From an uncultured Planctomycetaceae bacterium (GTDB taxonomy: Bacteria; Planctomycetota; Planctomycetia; Pirellulales; PALSA-1355), in assembly GCA_963785305.1 (NCBI GenBank), contig CAWAUV010000007.1:416001-480000 (forward strand): a DNA stretch of 64,000 bases, read 5' to 3'. The notes beneath the pieces were generated by a model, which was not told the origin of the DNA, ran no database searches, and worked only from the letters and a program-made list of their open reading frames with translations. Position 1 is the stretch's first letter. Every line of letters begins with the position of its first letter. Below are positions 1 to 11,379 of the stretch, in pieces. A program made the translations under genes and the position numbers.

Positions 1-31
1 ATGCGAACGGACTCTTGTTGCGACCGATCAT
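1..31 (-). CDS. Possible 5' end of a gene running off the left edge (MIGRNKSPFA...)
   Basis: Minus-strand GGAGA Shine-Dalgarno-like motif about 8 nt before an ATG at 31-29, preceded by an AT-richer intergenic region. Only 10 codons are visible. Confidence 0.35.
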   Translation of the reverse strand, partial: MIGRNKSPFA

Positions 32-409
32 GATGACGTTCTCCAAATGAAAAAGGCGCCTCAATCCGTTTGAATCTTTTGAACCTAGGTTGTCAATGAT
101 TCCGATTGTGCTCGCGGTCACTTTGTAAAAAGTTCCAATAGCATCGCTGGCGCCGACTGCGCAAGCAGCGCCGATCAAGTAAAGTTTCCACCCGACCGAC
201 TCCGGCTTGCAACGAGCACTCGAAAGTCTAGGTTAGGATTCGCGGCCGCGCGGGCCCAGGACCTCGATTACGCCAACATCGTGGTTGCCCCAGCCCAGCG
301 GCGCCGGCGTTGTCGGAGCATCTTATGACCGGCGGCGTCGTCGATGACCGCCGGGCCGACGCCGTCGGGCTTCCGTGGCGCACAAGGAGCAAAGCGCGGG
401 CCAAAGCCG

Positions 410-575
410 CTAGTTTTGTCACGGCTGAAATGAGAGGTAACCCCGTGGCGCCATGCCCACGCCCAGCGTGGGCATGTTTCGAGCGCCACGCGGAGTCCTC
501 ATGCCCACGCAGGGCCGTGGGCATGGCGCCACGGAGCCAATCCAACCCGTCATTTCAATTGTGACAATGCACTAG
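410..575. mobile_element. MITE-like element, copy 1 (~166 bp, CTAG ends, internal REP-like palindromes)
   Basis: Ends CTAGTTTTGTCAC...GTGACAATGCACTAG. Near-identical reverse-complement copy at 9359-9525. Internal 19-bp perfect inverted repeat at 443-461/516-534. Confidence 0.85.
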
Positions 576-609
576 GACAACTGGCCGCCACGGTCAGCAC
601 GGCGCGCGA

Positions 610-1553
610 TCAAGACGCCGATGTCGCCGAGCTATCGGGCGCCAGCGAGGGCTCGACATGCACGGCCACATCCAAAATGCCCAGGTCGGCCGCCAGCAGG
701 GCGTCCTTGACACGGTGGCCGATACGATGCCCTTCGCGCACCGAGGCCTCGCCATCGACGACCACATGCAGTTCGACGAAGGTGCCCAACCCGCTTTTGC
801 GCACGCGGCACTTTTCGATCTCCGCCACGCCCTCGACCTCGGAGGCGAGCCCGCGGACACGGTCTTCGTATTCGCTCGGCGGCGCGGCGTCGAGCGAATC
901 GGCCAGGGAGGTTCGCAGCATGCGCGCTCCATTGAATGCAATCACGAGACACGCCACGAGCGCGGCCCAATCATCGGCTGTTTCGTAGCCGGGCCCTTTC
1001 ACGAGCGCGATCAAGATGCCGACGAACGCCGCCAGCGATGTAAACACATCGGAGCGATGATGCAGCGCATCGTTCTTCACGGCGCTCGAGCCAATGCTAT
1101 CCCCGGCCCGCAGCAGCCAGCGAAACAATACCTCCTTGGCCACGATCACCACCACGAGCACGACAAGCGTGAACGGCGCGGCGCATGGCGAGGCGCGAGA
1201 ATCTCGCGCACGCTTTGGATCGCGATTCCCAGGGCCGTGGCCAGCAGTGTGATCGCCGCCACGAGCCCGGCGAGCGATTCGGCCCGGCCGTAGCCATAGG
1301 GATAGCGTTCGTTGGGTGGCGAGGCGGCGATGCGCAGGCTGCCCCAGACGAGCGCGGCGCTGAATACATCGAGCACCGATTCCACGCCATCGGCGATCAG
1401 CGCGTAGGCATTGCCCACCACGCCGGCGAGAATCTTCACGAACGCCAGGGACACGCTCACCGCGATGCCGATCGCCGTGGCGCGAGTTCCTTGCCGCGTG
1501 GGCTCGGCCAACCGGGCAAAGCCGGAGGCGCCGTCGTCGATCGAATTTGGCAC
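610..1553 (-). CDS. Cation diffusion facilitator (FieF-like) transporter, frameshift near 1175
   Basis: N-half AYALIADGVESVLD...PYGYGRAESLAG joins C-half NDALHHRSDVFTS...RVRKSG...VELHVVVDG...VHVEP, which are typical CDF motifs. Confidence 0.9.
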
Positions 1554-1620
1554 GTCGCTATTCCGTGGGAAAGCCGGGAACTGCTGGGAACCGCCGCGGC
1601 GCTCGCTTGCGCTCGCGATC

Positions 1621-2292
1621 TCAACATCGGTTGCGTTCGCGCCCTGGACAAGCGATCTCGGGCACGCGATCGCGGGCGTCATCGCGGGCGCGGCGAGATT
1701 CGTAAAGATCGTAAAGGTCGAACAACACTTCGCGAACATTGCCTCGCCGCGCGACATAGCTCGCTTCGGCCCGAGCGCGGTACGGCTCGCTCCACTCGGC
1801 GCCCAATAGTCGGGCCGCGAGCGCGACGACAAGCTCGGCCGAAGGCGAGGTGGCGACGAGTTCCGGTGTCGAAGTCGGGCAATGCGACGTGAGCAGCAGA
1901 CCCAGGCCCGACCGTCGACAAAGGCGGTTCAATCGCCAGCGAGCCCAATGCCCCAACTGCTCATGGCCATCGACCATTACGATCGCGCGCCGCTCGCTTG
2001 GCCCTTTCGGTCCCGAGGAAACGAGCCGCTGAATTTCGCGCTTTGCCGGCCGCGGCAAACTACGATTACCTTCACGGAGCGAGATCATGGCCAAGAGATG
2101 TCCCTCGGCGGCGAGTCGAGCCCCGAGCGTCGCGAGGAGCGTCGACTTGCCGCTGCCATGAGGGCCCACGATCGCTCCGCGCCGGCCTTGTCGGGCAAAG
2201 CGGGCGAGCAACTCATCGAGCGTGATTCCCGGTGGAAGTTCGAAGTCGATCGCGCCGGGCCGCACCCAGCGCGTGGCAAAGGGATTGTGCAT
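1621..2292 (-). CDS. Small P-loop ATPase (AAA-like), function unknown
   Basis: Walker A GPHGSGKST, Walker B-like IVMVDGHEQ, N-terminal NPF motif and C-terminal GNVREVLFDLYD. Confidence 0.8.
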   Translation of the reverse strand: MHNPFATRWVRPGAIDFELPPGITLDELLARFARQGRRGAIVGPHGSGKSTLLATLGARLAAEGHLLAMISLREGNRSLPRPAKREIQRLVSSGPKGPSERRAIVMVDGHEQLGHWARWRLNRLCRRSGLGLLLTSHCPTSTPELVATSPSAELVVALAARLLGAEWSEPYRARAEASYVARRGNVREVLFDLYDLYESRRARDDARDRVPEIACPGRERNRC

Positions 2293-2366
2293 CGCGCGCG
2301 CGATTCCACCCGCCCGCGAGAGCGCTTGCGGCGCGGCGTCGCGCGGCGCCCGACGACATCGATTTT

Positions 2367-2776
2367 TCAGTGGGATTCATGGGGTTGGATCTCGGCCGGG
2401 GGAACGGCGCCCAAGCGAAAGGCGAGCTCATGCAGCACATCCTTGCCGCGGCGCATGCACAGTCGCAGCCGCACCGACCACGTGATTTTCACGATCACGC
2501 CCGCATAGCTCAGCGGGCTCGGCGGCAATCGGGTGGCAAAAGGCTGCATCAACTTTAATTCATACCAGCTCGGAGCCTCGGCCCCCAGCGACGAAAATAA
2601 TGCACGGCCAAGTCCTCGTCGCCCTTGCCCTCGGTATGCCAGAGCACCGAAAGCTCGACGGCGCTCAGCTCCGCGAGATCGATCTCGCCCACGGAGAACA
2701 CGCCCGAAAGCGTGTCGCCCGGCGCGTAGTCGAGCCGGTCGTGGTTCAGCGAGAGATGGGGGCCGGAAACGATCAT
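2367..2776 (-). CDS. Conserved hypothetical beta-sandwich protein (SpoOM/arrestin-like), frameshift near 2585
   Basis: YAPGDTLSGVF...VELSVLWHTEGKG continues in another frame as FATRLPPSPLSYAGVIVKITWSVRLRL. The start overlaps the upstream stop (ATGA). Confidence 0.65.
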
Positions 2777-4077
2777 CGCGCCGCGGCTCCCCGCCGCGCG
2801 GGCGCGACGATCACGGGAAACTCGCGGACGAAGTCGGGCCAACCCGCCACGGCGCCTCGCACGCGCAGCCGCCACTGCACCTCGTTGTGAACGGCCTTGA
2901 ACGAGTGCATGGCCGCCATCGGAATGCGCAGTGCGCAGCGACTCTCGAATGGAGTGCCGGGAAGAATCTCGAACTGTTCGCGGCGCAGCACCGACTCGGC
3001 GAACACTTGCCGCTCTTCGGTGCGCGTGTCGGTGCCTTGGCGATAGGTCGCGACCTCGTGGCACGAGAGCAACACTTCCAGCAGATTGACCGACAGCCGG
3101 CCGGCTTGCGAAATGAGAATCTCGTATTGCGCGCAGGGCGCGAGCGGATGATCCGAGATTTCGACGCGGGTTGGCCCCACGCCGGTCGTGCGCAGCAGTT
3201 GCCGCACCAGATACACGATGAGCCCGATGCCGATCACGACAAACGGCACGACGAACACGGTGAGCCCCCAGTTGGGCGCGCCGGTCACGTGGCCGCGCAC
3301 CACCATTACGAGAAACATGAGCGTGAGCCCATTCCACACCAGACAGGCCGCCAGCGCGGCGAAGGGCCCGACTCGGCGGCCGCCGCCACGGGCAGCCGGT
3401 AGGCGAGCGCGGTGCCGGGGCTATTGGTGAAGTTGGCGTCGGTGGGCACGTTGGGAAAGCCTTGCGTGCCTTCGGCGGCTTTTTCGAAGAATTCGAGGTT
3501 CGCCGCTTTTTGCCGGAGCGCGGCCCGCCGCTCGGCCGATGAGCCCCAGCGAAGCAGCGTGTAGGCCAGCCCGCCGCCGCCGATGATGATGAAACAAAAT
3601 GGAATGAGCAGCAGCAGATACAAAAATCCGCTGTAACCGCGCACCACGCACCGATTGCCGCGGATCGATCGGGTCGTACCAACAGGGCCGCTTCTCGCCG
3701 ACCATGAACGGGGCCAAGGCCGCGAGCGCCGCTTCGTGGCTGCTGATCGGGTCGCGGCGCACATCGTAAGTCACGGCGTCGAACCGCTGACCATCGACTT
3801 GATAATGAATCGCGACCTCGGGCAAGAACGATATTTCGCCATCGGCGTCAACCACTTCGCCGAGCGTCACGCGATCGATCGTGCATTGGGTCTCGGCGAA
3901 TTGGCGATTGGCGCGCCACTCGGGAATCACGAGGTTGCCGAACATGATTCCGAAGAACACGCCGCCCGCCGTGAGAAACACGGTGAAGAACAGCGCCTCG
4001 CCCAGGCTGCCGAGCCGTTGCGATCCGGTGCGGCGATGACCGCGCTTTTTGCCGTAGAATCGAAACCAGCGGGCCAC
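2773..4077 (-). CDS. DUF3592-like membrane protein with C-terminal beta-sandwich, 2 or more frameshifts
   Basis: TM helix, PEVAIHYQVDG...CWYDPIDP.Q.VV.RG (DUF3592-like), further TM helices, then a soluble C-terminal domain. Spread over ORFs 3421-4077, 3306-3764 and 2773-3339. Confidence 0.75.
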
Positions 4078-4273
4078 GAGGCTCCTCCCAGGAAATCGAG
4101 ATTCGAGTCCGGCGACCCAATGCCGGCCGAAGAAAAGTCGCTAAAATGCATGCCGCGAAGTTTTGCCGAGAAGTATTGTGCCCTCGTGGCCAAAAAAGGA
4201 CAACCGGGCCGCGACCGGGAGTCGGCCACTCGCGGCGTTGGATTTTTCACCCCTGCGATCAGGAACAGGCGCC

Positions 4274-5615
4274 ATGTCGCTCGTCGTTGCCCGCGGCCTT
4301 GCATTGCTTGCCCTTGTGTTCGCCGTAGTGTTCGCAATGGCCTGCCGCTTGGGCGACACGGCTTCGGCCGGCGAGTGGCCGCAGATTCTTGGCCCGAATC
4401 GCGATGGCGTTGCGCGGAACGAAAAACTTGCCGACCATTGGTCGCCCGACGGGCCGAAGCTTATGTGGCAAGTGAAAGTCGGCGCCGGCTACGCTGGACC
4501 GATCGTGACTCGCGTCGACGACCCGGGCACTGCGTGTCCGAAGCCGGCTCATCGTGTATCATCGCCAAGGCGAGCAAACGCTGCGCCGACGCGTTCGACT
4601 CCGCGACGGGCGCGCAACTATGGCAATCCTCGTTTCCCACTTCCTATACCAGCAACATCGCGCCCGACGATGGCCCTCGCGCCACGCCGCTGGCGACGGG
4701 CGATTCCCTGATTCTCTTTAGCGCCGAGGGCGATATGCGCTGTTTGGCCCTCGCCACCGGCGCGGTGCGCTGGACACGGCGCTTGGGCGCCGAGCTTTCG
4801 GCGCCGCCCGGATATTTCGGTTTCGGCAGCACGCCGATCGTGATCGATGGCCGGGTGCTGGTGAATGTCGGCGGTCCGCGCGGCGCCGGGATCGTGGCGC
4901 TTGCCCTGGCCGATGGCGCCACGCTTTGGCAAAAGACCGACGAAGCCGCCAGCTATTCATCGCCCATCGCCGCCAAATTCGATGGCCGCCGGCGGGCGAT
5001 CTTCATTACCCGGTTCCATGTGCTCTCGCTCGATCCGGCCACGGGCGAGCTGGGGTTCCGCATTCCGTTTGGCGCTCGCGGCCCGACGGTAAATGCCGCC
5101 AATCCGGTGCTGCTCGGCGACCATCTGTTCATTACAGCCAACTATGGCGTGGTGCACGGCTGCTGAAGCTCACTGGCGATGAGGCCGAGGTGGCATGGTC
5201 GGCCGACGATGTGCTGAGCAGCCAGTTCGTCACGCCGGTAGCCTATCAAGGCGTGCTCTACGGCATCGATGGCCGACAAGACGCGGGCGTCGCGCGGCTG
5301 CGGGCCGTCGACCCCCTCGCCAAACGCGTGCTTTGGACGCAAGAAGATTTCGGCACGGCCACTTTGCTCCTGGCCGATGGCAAGCTGCTGGCCCTCAAGA
5401 CCGATGGAACCCTGGTGCTGATCGACCCGCGGCCCGACGCCTATCGGGAACTGGCGAGAGCCAAGATACTCGAAGGCACGACCCAACCGCTCGCCGCCCT
5501 CTCCGACGGCTTTTTCCACGCCCGCGACACCGACACGCTGAAATGCTTCGACCTAAGAGGCGGCCGACCGGCGGAGACGCGGCCACTGAAGAACACGGAC
5601 GAAACACGGAAATAG
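4274..5615 (+). CDS. Secreted PQQ-binding-like beta-propeller protein (BamB-like), frameshifted
   Basis: Signal peptide, WPQILGPNRDG, GPRATP, YFGFGSTP, ASYSSP and further propeller repeats across ORFs 4163-4711, 3655-5166 and 4926-5615. Confidence 0.9.
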
Positions 5616-5700
5616 CGACAAAGAAAGACCCGCGTCATTCGCCCTTCTTCTTCCTACTTCTTCCTTTTTCTGCCTTCTTCTTCCGTGTCCTTCCGTGGCT
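5582..5700. repeat. Imperfect inverted repeat with ACACGGA-type arms around a pyrimidine-rich spacer
   Basis: GCCACTGAAGAACACGGA (5582-5599) matches the reverse complement of TCCGTGTCCTTCCGTGGC (5682-5699) at 16/18. It lies at the junction of convergent genes. Confidence 0.6.
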
Positions 5701-5728
5701 AAAATCCCCTCCCCCCGGCCCATCGGCC

Positions 5729-7566
5729 TTAGAGCCGACAAATCAGCAGTTCGCGTTCGTAGATCATCTCGGGCGGCAGGTGGTCGTGTAGATCGATGAA
5801 CAGCTCTTCGTGTTGGATCACCTCGGAGCGCCAAGCGGCGCGATCGATGCATTGCAGCGCGTCGAACCGCTCGCGCGAGAAGTCGAGGCCGCGCCATTCG
5901 ATGTCTTCGTAGTAGGGTGTCCAGCCGATGGGCGTTTCTTGTCCCTGGGCTCGCCCGCGCACTCGGTCGACGATCCACTTCAGCACGCGCATATTTTCGC
6001 TGAAGCCCGGCCAGAGAAAGCGGCCTTCGTCATCTTTGCGAAACCAGTTCACATGAAAGATTCGCGGCGTGACCGTGAGCTTGCGCTGCATGCGAATCCA
6101 GTGGCGGAAATAGTCGCCCATGTGGTAGCCGCAAAAGGGAAGCATCGCCATGGGATCGCGGCGCACTTTGCCAATCGCGCCGGCCGCGGCGGCGGTCATT
6201 TCCGAGCCCATCGTGGCGCCGGCGTACACGCCCGAACTCCAGTTGAAGGCTTGATACACGAGCGGAATCGTGCTCGCCCGCCGACCGCCAAACACGATCG
6301 CGCCCAGTGGCACTCCATGGGGGTCTTCCCAATCGGGGTCGATCGTCGGGCATTGGCGGGCCGGGGCCGTGAAGCGGGCATTCGGATGCGCGGCTTTCGC
6401 GCCGGTTTGCTTGGCGATCTCGGGCGTCCACTTCCGGCCTTGCCAGTCGATGCATTCGGCCGGCGGCTCGTCGGTCATGCCTTCCCACCAAGGGCCGCCG
6501 TCGGGAGTGAGCGCCACATTCGTGAAGATCGTGTTCTTCGAGAGGGCCGCCATCGCGTTCGGATTCGTTTTCTTCGATGTGCCCGGCGCCACGCCAAAGA
6601 AACCGGCCTCGGGATTGATGGCCCTGAGCCGCCCGTTTTCGTCGGGCTTGATCCAGGCGATATCGTCGCCGGCGGTCCACACCTTCCAGCCCTCGAACCC
6701 CGCCGGCGGAATCAGCATCGCGAGATTTGTCTTGCCGCAGGAACTGGGAAACGCGGCGGCGAGATAGGTCTTTTCACCCTGCGGGTTCTCGATGCCCACG
6801 ATCAGCATGTGCTCGGCCATCCAGCCTTCGTCGCGGGCGATCGCCGAGGCGATGCGGAGGGCGAAGCATTTTTTGCCCAGCAGCGCGTTGCCGCCATAGC
6901 CCGAACCATAGCTCCAGATTTCGCGCGTTTCGGGAAAGTGGACGATGTATTTCGTCGAATTCGAGGGCCACGGCTTATCGACCTCGCCCGGCGCGAGCGG
7001 CGCCCCGACACTGTGCATGCACGGCACCACGCGCTTCTCGTCTTTATCGATCTCGCGAAACACGGCCGCGCCGATCCGGGCCATGATGCGCATGCTGGCC
7101 ACGACATAGGGCGAGTCGGTGAGCTGCACGCCGATTTGCGACATCGGCGAGCCGACGGGGCCCATGCTGTAAGCGAGCACATACATCGTCCGCCCGCGCA
7201 TGCAGCCGTCGAACAGCCGCTTGAGCGTGCGTCGCATTTGATAGGGGTTTTCCCAATTGTTGGTCGGGCCGGCGCCATCTTCCGAAAGCGAGCAAATGAA
7301 AGTGCGATCTTCGACCCGCGCCACGTCCGACGGATCGCTCCGCACCAGAAAGCAGCCGGGCCAGCGCTCGGCGTCGAGCCGAATCATCGTGCCGCTGGCG
7401 ACCATGGCCTCGCACAGGCCATCGTATTCCTCTTGCGAGCCATCGACCCAGTGGATGGCCTCGGGCCGAGTGAGCTCGGCCATTTTCTCGACCCAGCGAA
7501 CGAGATGTTTGTTCTGGCTGACGCTTGACCGGAATGCCGGTGGCTGGAAGGCAGGGTTCGCGACAT
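5729..7566 (-). CDS. pckG: Phosphoenolpyruvate carboxykinase (GTP)
   Basis: [59 protein letters not shown] and [11 protein letters not shown]. Exact start is uncertain. Confidence 0.97.
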
Positions 7567-7895
7567 GTCGCACGGTCTCCGTCGAAAGCAATTCGCGGGG
7601 CAAAGTGGGTCGCCAGCGGCGCTTCGCCCATCGACGGTCTATCATCCCCGGCGCGCTCCGCGTTGGCTAGGCCACTTTCGAGCGCCGGCCGCGCGAAATG
7701 CTTCACATTGAGCGAGCTTGCGAGTGTCGTCGTGAATGTGCCGTGGACTTCGCGATTTGCTTTGACCGCGTTCGACCCGGATCGTTACATTAGATCGCAA
7801 AGACGCTTCCGGCGTCGGGCTGCTGTCTGTCCCGGCGCCGACATGCGACCCATGATCGATATTTTCCTCGTTGACGGCTGGCCCGCGAGCAACCG

Positions 7896-8078
7896 ATGCG
7901 CGACGATGCTTCCTATGTCTGCGATTCGTGCGGCGAGGAGATCGTCGTGCCGATTGATCTTTCGGCCGGCGCCGAGCAGACCTATATCGAGGATTGCCCG
8001 GTCTGTTGCCATCCCAATGTGCTCCATGTGATCGTCGAAGATTCGGGCGAAGTCCGCGTGTGGAGCGAATCGGAATAA
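7896..8078 (+). CDS. CPXCG-type small cysteine-rich (zinc ribbon) protein
   Basis: 60 aa, C-D-S-C-G-E...YIEDCPVCC.PN pattern. Confidence 0.85.
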   Translation: MRDDASYVCDSCGEEIVVPIDLSAGAEQTYIEDCPVCCHPNVLHVIVEDSGEVRVWSESE

Positions 8079-8123
8079 TCGCCATTTGGAATAAGCACCC
8101 CACGTTACGAAGACCCTGCCGAG

Positions 8124-9362
8124 ATGGAGCACGCCTCGCCATCAGCGCCGTTTTCTCTAAGGGCGCGCTATCTGTTTCCCATCGCGGGACCGCCGATCCA
8201 CGATGGCGTGGTGAGCATCGCCGCCGGGCGAATCGCGGCGATTGGTCCGCGATCGACTCATTCGCCGCCATCGCTCGATCTTGGCGACGTGGCGATTGTG
8301 CCCGGGCTCGTCAATGCCCACACGCATCTCGAATTCAGCTCGCTCTCGAGTCCGCTCGGTTCGCCTTGCATGGCTCTGCCCGAGTGGCTGGCCGAGGTGC
8401 TCAGTGCGCGAGGACGCGAGGCCGATGTCGCCGCGGCAATCGGGCGCGGGCTCGAAGAATCGGCGGCCGCCGGCGTGACCATGCTGGGCGAAATCGCCAC
8501 GAACCCTTGGCCGGCGACGCTCTCGCGGCCGCCGATGCCCATCGTGATGTTTCGCGAGTTGATCGGTTTATCCGAGGAGCGCGCGACCGCGGCCCTCGGT
8601 ATCGCGAAGGAGCATCTCGGCGCCGCGGCGACCTTCGTCGAGCCTGGGCTCAGTCCCCATGCCCCTTACACCGTGCATCCGAATCTGCTTGCCACCGCGG
8701 TGTCGCTGGCCGCGCGGCATCGCGCGCCGGTGGCAATGCATTCTGGCGGAGTCACGCGAAGAGTTGGAGCTCTTGGCCACGGGAGGCGGCCCCATGGCGC
8801 GGCTGCTCGAAGCGCGCGGCGCATGGCGGCACGAGCTTTTCGGCGGTCGCGGCGTGGCGCAAATCCTCGCGGCGCTGTGCGAGCGCCTCGCGCGCTTGTC
8901 GTGCATGGAAATTACCTCGCGACCGACGAACAGCAGTTCCTCGCCGAACGAGCCGAGACCATGAGCGTGGTGTATTGCCCGCGCACGCACGACTACTTTG
9001 GCCACGCGTCTTATCCACTGGCCGAGATGTTGGCCCGGGGCGTGCGAGTGGCCCTGGGCACCGATAGTCGGGCATCGAATCCGGACTTGAGCCTTCTCGG
9101 CGAGCTGAGGTTCATTGCCGGGCGCCATGGGAATGTGTCGCCGGCCACGATTCTTGAGCTCGGCGCCTTGGCTGGCGCCCGCGCCCTGGGACACGATCGC
9201 GAGACCGGTTCGCTCGAGGTCGGCAAGCGGGCGGACTTGTGCGTGATTCCCCTTGCTCACGGCGAAGCAAGCGATCCGCATGCGCTGCTCTTCGATTCGG
9301 ATCTGCCGGCGATGGAAACTTGGATTTCCGGCCGCCGCGTGGTTCGTCGCGATGCTCACTAG
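8124..9362 (+). CDS. Amidohydrolase-family nucleoside deaminase (SsnA/MTA-SAH/aminodeoxyfutalosine deaminase-like)
   Basis: PGLVNAHTHLE, GLSPHAPYTV, VHGNYL, YCPRTH and ALGTDS. Compensating frameshifts at about 8742-8890 (the H-LAESREE segment is in another frame). Confidence 0.88.
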   Translation: MEHASPSAPFSLRARYLFPIAGPPIHDGVVSIAAGRIAAIGPRSTHSPPSLDLGDVAIVPGLVNAHTHLEFSSLSSPLGSPCMALPEWLAEVLSARGREADVAAAIGRGLEESAAAGVTMLGEIATNPWPATLSRPPMPIVMFRELIGLSEERATAALGIAKEHLGAAATFVEPGLSPHAPYTVHPNLLATAVSLAARHRAPVAMHSGGVTRRVGALGHGRRPHGAAARSARRMAARAFRRSRRGANPRGAVRAPRALVVHGNYLATDEQQFLAERAETMSVVYCPRTHDYFGHASYPLAEMLARGVRVALGTDSRASNPDLSLLGELRFIAGRHGNVSPATILELGALAGARALGHDRETGSLEVGKRADLCVIPLAHGEASDPHALLFDSDLPAMETWISGRRVVRRDAH

Positions 9363-9525
9363 TGGATTGTCACAATTGAAATGACGGGTTGGATTGGTTC
9401 GGTGGCGCCATGCCCACGGCCCTGCGTGGGCATGAGGACTCCGCGTGGCGCTCGAAACATGCCCACGCTGGGCGTGGGCATGGCACACGGGGTTACCTAT
9501 CATTTCAGCCGTGACAAAGCACTAG
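9359..9525. mobile_element. MITE-like element, copy 2 (inverted relative to copy 1)
   Basis: CTAGTGGATTGTCACAATTGAAATGA...TCATTTCAGCCGTGACAAAGCACTAG. Its left CTAG contains the amidohydrolase stop codon. Confidence 0.85.
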
Positions 9526-9574
9526 CTTGAGCGACCTGATCGGCGAACGAAGTTCGTCGACGCATGGCGACTTT

Positions 9575-11070
9575 TCAGGCCGAAACCGGCAGGTTCAGCG
9601 CCAGTGGCGGACCCACGTCGATCGCCGCCGCGGCCGGCTTCGGAGCGCCCTCGACTGCTGCCCGAAAGTATCGTGCCGCCTGACTCTCGGGCTCGAGCGT
9701 CTGCCATTCATGCACCACTTCCGCGGCTTCGATGTCGCGGCCGGTGGTGAGCAGTGCTTCGGCAAGCCAGCGAAAGCAAAATGCATCGCGGCAGCCGTCT
9801 TCGTAAGCCGCTTGCAAGAAGCGGATCGCTTCGGCCCATTCGTGTCGCGCCGCTAATCAGGCGCGGCGCAAGGCGGTGCGCAATGATTCTCGTTGCGTCG
9901 CATCGCCGGGCAAGTGATCGGCTTCTTCGAGTGCCCGCTGGCGATCATCGTGTTTAATGCAAAGCTCGATCAGGTGGCGCCGCACGCGTGTTGATTTCGG
10001 AAACCGCTCGAGTGCCCGCTCAAGCCATGTTCGCGCTTCGTGGTCGCGATCTTGTTGTTCGAGCGACACCGCGAGGCACACCGCGGCGATCTCATGGATG
10101 TCGGTCACATGCCACGCCAAAGGATCGATGCGTCCATGTTGAAATGCGGTGGCGCACGCCGATTCGGCCAAATCGAGCCTGTTTTGCGATTGCATATAAC
10201 CGCCCACGGCGCAGAGCAATTGGGCGTCGAGCGGAAAAATGGCGAGCGCTTCGAGGCAGATTTTGGTGAGCGTCTCGCGGGCCGAGGCGTCGTCGCCCAG
10301 CGCGGTAAGCAAGCCATAGTAGGCTTCGCGCTGAGCGGTCGAACCGCGCTCGGCCGCGTGACACGCCTCGGCAAACAGGGCCATGGCGCCGTGATCGCCC
10401 AAGCGAGCCAGGGCTTCGGCCCGCGCCACGAGCAAATGCGCCGCGCGCCGACATCGGAAATCTCGAGATCGATTAGCCGCAGCTCGCGACGGGCGCGCTC
10501 GATCTCGGCCTGAGCGCTGTCTGATTCGCCGCGAATAATGCGCCACGGCAGCATTTCGATGGGAATGTTCGCCGCTTCGAGCGAGGCTCGCATCGAGGGC
10601 CGCGCTCGGCCGACATGACGCGTGGAGGAGCGATTGGGCGCGAGGCGGATTTGCGCCACCTGTTCGCGCGAAATCTGGCCCGGCGCCGCCGGCGCGATCA
10701 CCAGCAGGGTGTAGGCTTTATCGAAGTTCGCCGGCTGCCGCAAGAACAGCCGCAGCGGTTCGCAATCTTCGGCCGCGAGTCGCTCGCCCGGCTCGAGCCA
10801 CAAGACCCAGTGGCCCGTGGCTTGGCCGGCAAGATGGTTGTAAGCCGCCGAGAAATCATCGGTCCAAGCGCCGCTGAAGACCACGGCGCCAAATCGCTCG
10901 GCGAGGGCCGAGACCCCGCGATTGGCCCCGGCGTCGAGAATTAAAATCTCGTCGGCCAGTCCCGCGACGCTCTCGAGGGTCGCCGCCAAATGCTCGTCGG
11001 CATGGCGCGCGACGATCGCCACCGTGAGCCGCCGGGCGGGCGGAAGCGAATTCTGCTGGGGACTCGTCAT
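9575..11070 (-). CDS. GT2-like glycosyltransferase domain plus TPR repeats, frameshifted
   Basis: LTVAIVAR...LESVAGLADEILILDAG...WTDDFSAA.N, followed by helical TPR-like segments in ORFs 9857-10546 and 9575-9817. Confidence 0.75.
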
Positions 11071-11379
11071 GAAAAGTCTCCACGGTTGCTGGGAACTAGC
11101 CATTCGGGCCGCGAAGTGTAGCGAGTTGTGCTATCGCCGGGTAGACCGATCGGCGCCTGGCGCCGCTGGCGGCGGCCCCAGGCAGGCTTTCGGAGGATCG
11201 GTTTTCGTTCGATTGCGATTCTTCGCCGGCGCCGCGGCCGGGGACGACTTGCGACGAGCCCCCGCCGCATCTAAGCTTGAGCTAGCGGCCCGAGGAAGAA
11301 GGCCGAAGCAGGCCGACGAACAACGCCGCCGACTCGAGTGCAATCGCGTCGGGCGGGCGGCGTGGAACAAGAGTCCGCT

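Noticed and set aside
228..564. Small ORFs overlapping the left MITE
   Set aside because: Incidental translations of the palindromic element.
5810..7528. 572-aa plus-strand ORF
   Set aside because: Antisense shadow of pckG. Long stop-free antisense frames are expected at high GC.
8740..8890. Programmed double frameshift in the amidohydrolase
   Set aside because: No slippery site. Two compensating indels fit the window-wide error pattern.
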